Origin: Camelus ferus
Lineage: Eukaryota
Direction: 5' to 3'
NCBI RefSeq assembly: GCF_009834535.1
Contig: NC_045697.1
Coordinates: 75,952,001 to 76,016,000, forward strand
Length of the DNA: 64,000 nucleotides
In this document: in pieces, positions 38,646 to 49,100 of the stretch
Layout of the letters: each line of letters opens with the position of its first letter
How positions within the stretch are numbered: the first letter of the stretch is position 1
Translations under genes and position numbers: made by a program
Notes under the pieces: generated by a model
Database searches by the model: none
Seen by the model: the letters and a program-made list of their open reading frames with translations, nothing else
Told to the model about the DNA's origin: nothing

Positions 38646-40345
38646 TTTTAAAGTAATGAATTGCTAAACAGTTTTGTACTAATACCAGAATATTCAAACC
38701 AATCAGTGAGAGAAGAAGATACGTCAAGGAAGGGGCAGAGCATCCAGGCCCTGCAGGTTGACCAGTATCCCTGGGGAGTTGTCACCAGAGTAGATTGTCC
38801 ATCAGGTGACACAAACTCAAGCTGATAGAAGTCTGCTGCCCTCAGATCCAATCTCTGCCTGGGACAGCGTTGGGGTGGGGAAACGGCACCCTGTGTCTTC
38901 AGGCTGACTCCTGAGCCTCAGCACATCCTGCTTCTGTGATGGCTTCTGCTTGGCTACTGCTACTATTGCTATGACTACTTCCAAAGAGACGGCTCCAGCA
39001 GCTTCCTCACAAGCACAGTCAGTTCTTTTTCACATTTTAGTGTCCTGGACAGAGGGGTTCTCCTCTGTCTCGGGGACCTCACTGCTGGTGTCCGGCAGCG
39101 CATGGCCAGTGGTCGCAGCCTGACTCGAGAAGGGCCCCCTCATCTTGCTTTTCCTTGCATTTCCCCTGCTTGTGGCTGTGGCCACCCTCTACTCCTCGGG
39201 GAGGACTTTGGGGGATTTCCTCCCCTACAGCTGCCTCCTCCGGCCCCTTTATGTCTTGGCTTCTTTGTCCGGGCTCATCCTCTTGGCTGGCTGCCCTCTC
39301 CTTCACCTCTGTAGACTCCTCTGTCTGCTCTCCCACCGGTTTCTACTCTGTGGGGCTCCTGCGTCCACTCTCTGCCTCTGGGCCGAAGGCTTGGGCTGGA
39401 CGCTGGCCGGCCCCCTCTGTGCAGCTGCCCACGGCCTCCTCGTGCTGCGGGCCTTCCCTGTGGCCTGCCCTTCTCCTTCTGCTTCTCTGTCCTGATGGAC
39501 ATCTCCTCAGAGGAGGGGATCCTGGGGCTTGGCTCTTGGGTGGGAATGCCTCATCCCCATTCTCTTCCTTGGCACCATTCTCTGGGGAGGACTTCATGGC
39601 CCTGAAGTCTCCCAGGTCCCCACAGCCCGACTGGGACCTTCGGAATTGCCTGGAGGGAGGGCGCCTTTTGACTGAGTCCCTTGTCTGCACCTCATTGTAA
39701 CAGGGCAGACGATTGTCTTCAGGAGGCTGGTCGAGGCTGACGGGCACCTCCTCTGGCTCGCTGGCCTGAAACTGTTCACCAGGGCTGCTACAGGGAGATG
39801 GTGGGCTGTGAAACGGCTATACCATGACCTTGAGTCCAGGACTTTTTTTCTTTTTTGAGATACTTTGATAGGTTTAATTGCTTCTCTCTCTGGGTGTGTG
39901 GTGGTTGAGTCCAGGACTCTTGGGTGAGGCCCCAGGCAGCAGGGCCGCTGGATCAATGGCTAAATTGGCCGGAAGCTTCTCCGTCAGAGGCTCTTCACCT
40001 TGATTTTAGGAGGTGGTTTGCATTGGTCGGTGACTTCTCACCATTCTGACCCAGCTCTACCTTGGAGGGGAACAGAGAGGGAGCAGCACGGTTTCCTTCT
40101 CTTGGTTTACTGGCTGGTGTTTCCTTTGCAGCGGCTGCCTGCTCCCTAAAGCCTGCGGCCAGCTGGGCCACGGACGGGGCGCCGAGTCGTCCACGTTGGC
40201 GTTGGTCTGTGCCGGTCTTTCCTCCATGTCCTCGGGGCCAGCTCGGCGGCGGCTGCGCGGACTCCTTGCTCGTGCTCGTTCCTGGGCTCACGATCCCGCC
40301 TCTCCGCTCGGTTCCCGCCCGGGCCGGTTCGACTGCGACAGCCCA
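38646..40345 (-). pseudogene. RCSD1: Processed pseudogene (retrocopy) of RCSD1/CapZ-interacting protein, with 5'UTR, CDS (ATG at 40227, TGA at 39032-39030) and partial 3'UTR
   Basis: Pieced translation: [39 protein letters not shown]/...[16 protein letters not shown]...[38 protein letters not shown]...VQDTKM*. It is intronless, with at least six frameshifts, a premature TAG (39819-39817) and an internal insertion. Confidence 0.92.
39844..39904 (-). mobile_element. 61-bp poly(A)-tailed retro-insertion of unknown source
   Basis: Minus strand: ccaccacacacccagagagagaagcaATTAAAcctatcaaagtatctc-A6GA6. Perfect 14-bp TSD ttgagtccaggact at 39830-39843 and 39905-39918. Confidence 0.88.
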
Positions 40346-40649
40346 TTTCTAATTCTAAAAGATGACACTAAACCGGGAAATCCCACCAGTGGAAACTCTG
40401 TTCTCCCATCATACTCTGTTTGGCAGCATTTGTCCTCCTCATATTTTTTTCCAGTTTGAGTTTGTTGCTTAGCAAACTCTTCCCACCTGATCTGCAGAGG
40501 TTTGTAGTGAGTTGTCAGTTATAGTTTTTGAAGGATGTCTTCCAAGGATATTTAAATCCTTTATGTGGTTTCCTTGAACACAAACATAATGTTCATGGAA
40601 AGCCAGTGCCTAAACATAAAAATAAAAATAAATTAACTAAAACCTCAAA

Positions 40650-41135
40650 AAGCTGTTATTTTTCAAGAGGGACAGAATGACAGATGGTAACTGAATGCCA
40701 TACCTGCCCCTAGATTGGATTCAGTACTAGAAGAAAAAAAACTATAAAGGGCATTATTGTATTAATTAACTAAATTGGAATATGGTTGATCAACTGAATA
40801 GAAATGTATCAACCTTAAATTTACTAAAGTTGATTACTATGGTTATGTAACAGACGCACCCTATTCCTAGGAAATATGCACCAAAGTATCATAAAGGATC
40901 ACGATGTGTGTAGTTTACCCTCTAGTGGTTCAGAAATTATTCATATATATAATCTATTTTATCTGTTATAGGTAGATATAGACAATAGATAAAGATAAAA
41001 CGAATGATAAAGCAAATTGATAAAATGTTACAATAGGTAAACGTGGATAAGGGGTATATGGGTTTCTTGGCACTGTTCTTGCAATTTTTCTATAAATACA
41101 ATTATTTCAAAATAAAAAGTTGAAAAAAATTTAAA
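40650..41135 (+). mobile_element. Old L1 3'UTR fragment
   Basis: ggggtatatgggtttcttggcactgttcttgcaatttttctataaatacaattatttcaaaataaaaagtt. Confidence 0.7.
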
Positions 41136-42899
41136 TGTGATTGTGATCATGACTCTCATAAAAAGGTCTACTCTGATCTGGCCCCTGCCTGTGTTTCCAA
41201 TCTCATCTTTATTCACCTGAAAGGACCCTGTGCTTTTGTTATCCTGCATTAGTTATATTTCCAAACCTTTTATTCTCTATTCTTAGTTCCTTCACAGTCC
41301 ATATATACATTTTTCTCTCTGTCTGGAATGTCCTTATAACACTTCTGCTTGAAAACTTTTGAATCATCCTCACTACACTGCTGTAATATATCTTTCATGA
41401 TGAAGTAGTTTAGGACACAGGTTATGAGCAACAACTTTGCACTCAAGTAGACTGCGGCTCAAGACTTGGCTCTGTAGTTCTCACCTATCACCCCTCAGAC
41501 AAGTTATTTCCCTCTCTAAGCTTCAGTTGTCCCACATGCAAAATGAGGATAAAAATAGTGACATACTTCATCAAACTGATGGGAGTGGATGAGAAAATAC
41601 ATACTACATGCTGGTCTTATACAGAGTCTGGTAAATTGAGCATTCACTAAATGCTAATTCCCTGCCTTCCCCAGCTAACCACCTCCCACAGTCCCTTGAA
41701 TTCCCTCCTGGAAAGCACCTAAAACATTACTGTCATGACTTATTTTCATGTTTATTTCTCCTACTATATTATGAACCCTTGAAAGGCAAAGACTACATTC
41801 TAGTCTCCTCTGACTTTTCCAGCATCTAGAGTGATGTTTCTTACTCACATATGGCAATGAAAAATTTGTTATTTCCAAAATCAATGATTTTACTTTTTAA
41901 AATAAAACAAGAAGTCACTGTCAGCCTTCCTTAAATATCTGGCTCTGAAAATGTCAGAACTGTAGTTAGTCAAAATATATTTTAGCCTTCAACTCATTTA
42001 TTAATATTGGGGTCTTTATGAAAGATAATTTCTAAGTTAGGAAATCAGCTTGGTTCTTTGTGCCTAGAAATTAAGATCCTTAAGAAGGAGTAGAAGGAAG
42101 TAGGTGAGTTTGGAGTGTTGCAGCCAGGATTTACAGGTTTGGTCTTAACCCTGTGGATGAAGTTTTTAAAAGGAGGGGAGTGCAGTGATCCAGTTTATGA
42201 CTTGAGAGATCAGTCTGAGAAGAATGTGAAGTATGAACTGGAATGAACAGACATTAGCTACGGCAAGGCTCGTTGGGGATGGCCTCAGTATCTACACAGG
42301 AGACAAGGGCTGGGCTAAAATGCCAATAATCAGGGACAGAGATAAGTGAGGGAAAGGAGGCAGGAAGCTTGTGTGTTTCCAAGGTGGAATCAATGCTATT
42401 TGATCAGCTGGGTGGGGATGTGGTGGTGAAGGGGAAGGAAAATGCCCTTGGTTGGGGGCCATCATGAACAGAGACAGAGAATGCAAGAGGAGGTGAAAGG
42501 TATTTGGGAGGTGGGAAATAATAGGTTCAAATTCTGATAAGTTACATTTGAAGTAGCTGAGGGGTTTCCAAGTAGAGGTGATCAGTAGACAATTATAAAT
42601 GAATGTTTGTGTTTGAAAAACGTGAGTCTGCATGCTAGAAACCAAGGTGGTACAAAACACACAGCTCTAAGAGAGTCTTCAGGTGTAAATACTGGGAATC
42701 ACTGTGTAAAACTTACAGTTCTGGGGTTTGTTAGTAGGAAGATCTAAATAAATTAATCTGCTTAGCTTTAATGATAACATTAGTATGATAGTTAAAGCTC
42801 CAAATCTAGGCATACGTGTTTACCACAGACCACTCTCCAATTTTTCTTTCCCCTCTGGCAACAGCAGTTCTTTCTAAAGGGTATGAAATTATGAAAGGA

Positions 42900-43250
42900 G
42901 TGGGAGCCTTCAAGTCAGAATGGAATCAAATCCGAGTCTGGCCAGTTATTAGGTGAGTTAAACTTAAAAAATGATTTAACTGCTCAGAACCTCAGTTTCT
43001 TCACCTTTAGAGGAGGATAGCAGTGGTAGCCATAGGGTTGTTATGAAGAGAGGCAAAGCAACATGACAGTCAAGAACATGTGCCCTGAAAATAGAATATC
43101 CTTGGTTTGAATTCTGCCTGTACCAGTCATTAGCTGTGTGATCTTGGCTAAATTCCTGAACTTCTCTGGGCCTCAGTTTCCTTACCTATAAAAGACGAGT
43201 ACCCTTAGTGCCTACCAGTAGGGTTACAGTGAGGATTTAGTGAATTTTCC
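42900..43250 (+). mobile_element. Two MIR relics
   Basis: aactgctcagaacctcagtttcttcacct and ggtttgaattctgcc...gggcctcagtttccttacctataaaa. Confidence 0.6.
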
Positions 43251-44697
43251 AAGTAGAGGAGAAAATGGAGGCAGAGAGCAGCTGGTGTTGGGATGACTGC
43301 TAGCATGATAAAAGCCAAGATGCATATTTAAAGTCGGCCATCATAACATTTTTTTCTAAAAGCTTAAGAGGATAAAATTATTTGTAAAATTGTTGTGCTA
43401 TTAGAAATTTGGCCTTGTTTTATAAGTCATTTTGAGACTATCATTCAGTAGGATATACAGCTACATGACTGTGCCTTTCTCAAACTATGTACGTCTTGTT
43501 TGTGCAGATCAGTTATTATTTCCTTGAAAACTCTGCTGGCAAGCATGGCAATGTCAACTCTCACTAACTTTGCAGTAGGTAAGCTTTTGGTTGAACTTTC
43601 TGGGCTTTGTTGTTGTAACACACTGAGCAGCCACAGCTCTGTTTTTCTGACATATGAAATCTCAAAATTGCTCGACAGAACAGGAGAGGCAGCATTAATT
43701 TTTCATCCTTTTCCCCAATGAGCCAGAAATCATTAATTTCCCACAAATAGAAGGAAAATTCCAACTTACGCAATGAACCCTGGCCCCATTAACGCTCCAG
43801 TTAACACACCCTGTCCTTTGGTCAACGTGTCTGTCACACGACAGTGTGAGGACTGAATGTCAGCTTAGGTCTCTCTGCCTGCCTGTTTCACAAAGCGGGT
43901 CGGCTAGGAAGGCTTTGATGGAGGCAGAGGACTTACTGTACTTCCTGCTTCTGCTGCTCTCAGAGCCCACTACCATGTATATTTTCAAATACTGCTTTTT
44001 TAATATCGATTTTTTTTAAAGTAGTACAGCTACCCATTTATGAGACAAAAATAAGAGCAGTCATTACTTACTCTGTTCTCTGTGCCAGCTCTTTCCTTTG
44101 CTGTTTTTGAGTTGGTCAGTGAGCGGGATCTTGTTTCCTAGTACTCCACCCTTTCTGCAGATAGAGGCAAAGCCCCTCCCAAAGAACAGGGTGAAGGTGC
44201 AAGTCTGGGACCACAGACATTGTTACGGGTGCCTGAAAGCTCAAGGTCACACCTGAGAAAAGACTTGCAGTTCTGGCAAAAGAATGATTCTACTGTAACT
44301 GTCATCTGACCAGGACTGGGCAGGAATAGAGGGCAGTGTGGCCCTCCTGGTTCAGAAGAGTGTAAATGAGAGACTCTCAGGATCAATCAGCTGGAAAGTT
44401 ATCTGTCCAGCCCTTTCTGTTGATAGACGAGGACCCTGGAGCCCAGCGAGGATGTCTGCAGACAGTCATAATGCACACCAGTGACCAAGCCAGGACTCCT
44501 AATTCTCACTCCAGTGCTTCTTTACACCGCACCTTTACATAATACAGATGGCCTCAGACTTGAGAATTGCTAAAAAAATACTGCGGTCATTATTCTTTCT
44601 TTTCTGAAGAAAACAAATCAGAGATCTGAAAAGGTGCCAAATATTCAGGCATTATATTTTACATTACACACAGTTAAAATATATATATTTCTTTATA

Positions 44698-44704
<7 letters not shown>

Positions 44705-44762
<58 letters not shown>
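44705..44762. repeat. (TA)29 microsatellite
   Basis: Read directly. Confidence 0.95.
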
Positions 44763-44766
<4 letters not shown>

Positions 44767-45549
44767 CAACACTATAATTAGAGTGTGTTTGGCCTTGCAT
44801 TAGACACAACCTGTAAATCAGAATGAAAAATTACAATCTACCAAAGAATCATCTAGGCAACCTCCTAATCTACCATCATAGGTTCACCTCTAACCACACC
44901 TAATTCCTCACCTTCTTTTTGTGGCAACATTTTCTTATGTTTCTACCTTCGCATGTGCTGCTTCCTCTGCCTAGAATTCTCTTGTCTTCACAAATGGACT
45001 CATTTCATCAAGTTACTAAGTTTCTCTGTGTAACCTTCCTTTTCCAATTCTAGTCCAACAGGTTTTTGCATTTGCCAAATTCGAGCTCTTAATGGACTTT
45101 ATTTGGATGTGACACTGCCTTCTCCACCAGTAATGATCTCCTTAGTAATGTCACAAGCCTAACAGAGTGCTCAACAGTGCGTCTCCCATACTTTTACAGA
45201 ACTAGATAAAAAAAATTAGATCAAAGCAAAGGAATGGTGAACACAGGATTCACTATGAAAGTTACTTCCAATAGGAGGGAACGGAATTTGGACGCTGATT
45301 TGTGTCCTTATTTTTATTATTTTCTAAGAAAGAAAGTAAATAAATTAATACAATTACGTATTACTAAGTTACAGTAGCTAGAAATTATTCACAAGAGGGA
45401 GGAGATTGGCCTAGTTGGTGTCCTCTTCCATTACTTTGAAAAACGTTCCTTTCCCAGGTTTTCCATTCCACAAAGACTGCTGTTTGGCCTTAAACTATCC
45501 ACAGGTTCCACTGTATTGATAGCAGTGTAAAGATGAAATGAGACCCAAG

Positions 45550-46130
45550 CGCTAAACGCCCCGCCCCGCCGCCACCCCGCCCCGCCCCGCCGCCGCCGCG
45601 GAGACCGGGCCTGCGCCAGCCCACGAGGGCCTGGACGCCGCGCTCCGACGTTCGAACGTCGTCCCTGCGGCCTCCGCCAATGGGGAAGGCGGGCCGCAAG
45701 TCTCCGCCCCGCCGTTTAGGACGTCACGGCGACGCCGCGACCGCGCGGGGCGGCAGGGCAGCCAGGGCCTCCGCCCCCAGAGGTCGGTTTGCAGCTCTTG
45801 CGCGCTGTTGCCTTCTCCGCCAGGTTTAGTCCCTCTTGTCGCCTTCGCCCCGTGCACCATGGCTTTCGTAACCAGGCAGTTCGTGCGCTCCCTGTCTTCC
45901 TCGTCCACCGCCGCGGCCTCGGCGAAGAAAATAATCATCAAGCACGTGACGGTCATCGGCGGCGGGCTGATGGGCGCCGGCATCGCCCAGGTGGGCCGCC
46001 GGGCGGGCAGCGCGCCTCGCTCGCTTTGCTGCCCACCCTGACATGAGAGCGCTGGAGGGCCACGACCCGGCGAGGGTTGTCCCGCCAGGAGGCCAGCGTC
46101 CAGGGGAGGCCAGGGGAATTTCCACTCCGT
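45550..46130 (+). promoter_or_regulatory. HADH: HADH CpG-island promoter
   Basis: Clustered GC boxes (ccccgcccc, 45559-45590), CCAAT at 45677, CRE-like ggacgtca at 45719-45726, high CpG density. Confidence 0.85.
45859..45990 (+). CDS. HADH: Mitochondrial short-chain 3-hydroxyacyl-CoA dehydrogenase, exon 1 (132 nt)
   Basis: Kozak caccATGg. Encodes [44 protein letters not shown] (targeting peptide plus GxGxxG NAD-binding motif). Donor CAG|GTGGGC. Exon 2 was not found, so intron 1 appears to extend past 64000. Confidence 0.97.
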
Positions 46131-49100
46131 CCCTCCCCCGTGTAGTTGAAATTTCTGGGCCTGTGAGTCTACACACTCCCAAAGATCTGGTGTTCTTGGG
46201 CCGAGCTTCAGTTTTCTGCGATTGGTTTTAACTTTATCAGTTGTTGTTTTTTTATAGTTCTGCAGTTGTTCTCAGCAGTTTTCTACTGTCCTAAGTGGTC
46301 TCTCCCTTCTCCGAATGTTTCCTTTACTTGCAGGGTTACAAAGGATAGTATTGATGGTCGGCACTTTTGTAGCTTTTTGTAGAGTTATCTAATCGGAGCT
46401 CGTGAGGCGCTGAGACTCCAACAGCTGCAACGCGAGGCGTCTTTGACCTAGTGCCCTTTGGCTCTGGGGAGAGTGGGAGGAAGAGGTAAAGGGCTGAGGA
46501 CTTGGAAGGAGTCGCTGATCTCATGGTGCATCTTAAAGGCTCTGCCTGGTTCCAGTAGAGCAGTGATTCAGGGTCAGCTGTGCAGTTATTATCAAGCTAC
46601 TGTGATAGTTGTATTTTATTTATTTATTTATTTATTTATTTTTGAGGTTACATTACAGCTCGTATTGGGGAACCGTGATTGGCATAGCCTAGCTGATTAT
46701 ACTAGCATTTACTTGTTGGACAGGGGAGGCATTTATTTAATTTTTCTTAGGAGAGTACTCAAGTTCAGTGGCTACAGTCATGAAAGAGTTTAATTTTTTA
46801 GTGTCTTTTTCCAGTCAACTCCATGCTTCTATGCTTGCTTTTTAGAAAAATGTTTTTCTGTTATTATGTATCTTAATTTTCCCCACCCTGCAAGTTCTTT
46901 GCAACGTATTAGTTTGATTGCATTTTCTCCTAAAATCTGTTTCATTACTGTTGTATCCTTCTGACAGTCTCCCATTTCTTCTCAGATCATGTTTGACACA
47001 TACTGTTCTGTTTATTGTGTACATGTGCTGGCTGCTAGTTTATGGTGTCCCCTGTAATCTTTATTATTCGTGAGATGGGAGGCGTAAGTCCCTTTAACAT
47101 GAATGTTCCACACACAATACTCAAAAGAAGGTTTAGCTTGATTGTATTTTTATCTCCCTGCTCCACCCAAATCTGTGCTGTGAGAGTGAGTTTGTTGTGG
47201 GCAGGTATAAAATAGTGTATTTGTTTAAAAACATCTCAACATCATCTTAGTGACAAGATATTAAGCCCCCAGTAACAATATAGGAAATGGGTTCAGAAAC
47301 TATTGTTGATGGTGCCTTAAAGACATCAGTGGAAGAGGATTAGAAACTGAGTAGAAGGTGTCACTTCACCTTTTGTACAAATTCAGCTTGCTTAGTTCTT
47401 GGAATACTGTACCCATTATTGACCAAAAAAGGGTGTTGTGCTATATGAAAAGGCACAGAGTTAGCACCTAGAATTATGGACTTGGTATTGGAGCTTTCAT
47501 CTGAGAAAGTAGGGAGGAGATTGACATTGATGGGAACTCAGACTTGTAGATCAACTCCCTGAGTAGCTGGACCAGGGAGTGCCTTTTGAAACCTAAGGAT
47601 TGAAAGAGAGCTATTTACCCCACAGCTTGGAATTATAATAGAACTATCATTTAAGAAGTTGATAAAGACCAGAAGTTTAAATAGTGGACAGTGATAGGGA
47701 ATGGTAATTCCGTCCTTACTTAATAAGGTTTAAAAGAGCCTCAACCCCTGTAACTGACAACTCTGATCCTGTGGAGGGGAACCATGCTTTCCTGCAGAGC
47801 ATCTTTCTGTGCCACTGTCAGCCAATTGGTTTCAGGGGTTTAGCTGCAGGTTTTGCACTCTGCCCTGCAGCATGCAGTTCTAGGCAGTATTGCTTCATTC
47901 TTTATGCTTCTTGATTGTAGCTTTTGGCACAGGGTCAACGTGCTTGGCTTATTGAGTGCTGCAGACTAAATAGTTGATGTGTTGTAGATTGGATCCAGTT
48001 CATTCTGGGGAATTGGGATGGCCCGTATTGCTGGCTCTGTCTCACGTTGGTTTTGTTAACAAGGGAAGCTGCTTCTGGCCTTCACTAACCTCTGAGGTAG
48101 GACTAGTACTAGACTCTTAGGCGTGTGAGAGGATTGAATGAATTAGCACACTTAAAGCACTTAGCACATTGTCTGGCATCTAGTCGGAGCTCAAGAATAT
48201 TAGCTGTCTCCGGGTTATTACCTCCATCAAAGTTAGCCTTGTCCTTTTGTCATTCTCCCCTTGTACCACGCGCATCTCTGATCCTTGCTGCGGTGGTAGG
48301 CCTGAAATGTTTAGATGGAGAATAGTGGTTGTGATTCTGTTCAATCTTCCTTAATCTTGAAAGCAGGTGCCAGTTGACACTGCAGATTGTTCAGGGACCT
48401 CTGAAGAGGAAAGACACTTTTTACCCTCCTCCCTTCATACGACTGATCCTCAGTAAAGCCTTAAAAACACAAGCACAAACTAGCATCTAAGTTATGATAC
48501 TAATTCATATTTAGCTTCACTTTCTTGAACTCTTTCTGAAGCAGTTTTAGTGTTAGTCAAGGTGTAGTTCTCTTTACAATTTTAATATTTTTAAAATTTA
48601 TCATTTTTGCCATATGTTCCAGTTCATGCTGAGTAAGATGAAAAAAATTTTAAGTAGATTTTGTGGGAGCCTGACACATTTCTCAAGCAATTAGGCAATT
48701 TAAGACAAGTGAGGTCTGTGTTCAATTATACGTAGTTCATCAGATCACAGGCCATTTGTACATTTGTATTCTCCAAGAGTATCTGCTTTGCCTGTCATTT
48801 CTTTTGTTTGTTTTAAATTTAAAAAAAAATCCCTTAGACTGCAGGTTAATATTTAAGTAAGGTTAACTTGTTTTGTGTGTTTGCCCGTTAGATACTTCTG
48901 ACTTGGGTCTGATTGCTAATGTATCTTCAGCCAGATACTTAGGCCAGCAAAGAAGCTTCCAGCAGTAAATGACCCTTGAATGGGGGACAGGTTGTTTTTT
49001 TGCTTTGTAAAGGAGAAAAAAAAAAAAAAAGGAGAAGAGAGGTATTAGCTGTGCATTTCTTCAACTTGTGAGTCTAGTCTTTGCTTTGTGCACTGCCTTT

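Noticed and set aside
39102..39700. Plus-strand ORFs of 70-181 aa
   Set aside because: Antisense shadows of the RCSD1 pseudogene.
39030..40227. Functional RCSD1 retrogene, with frameshifts as possible sequencing errors
   Set aside because: Some indels fall in C-runs, but an in-frame TAG, a stop-containing insertion and CPI-motif decay independently break it.
38350..40380. TSD or inverted repeats flanking the RCSD1 composite
   Set aside because: Only short matches (tttct direct; atctttta/taaaagat inverted), not distinguishable from chance.
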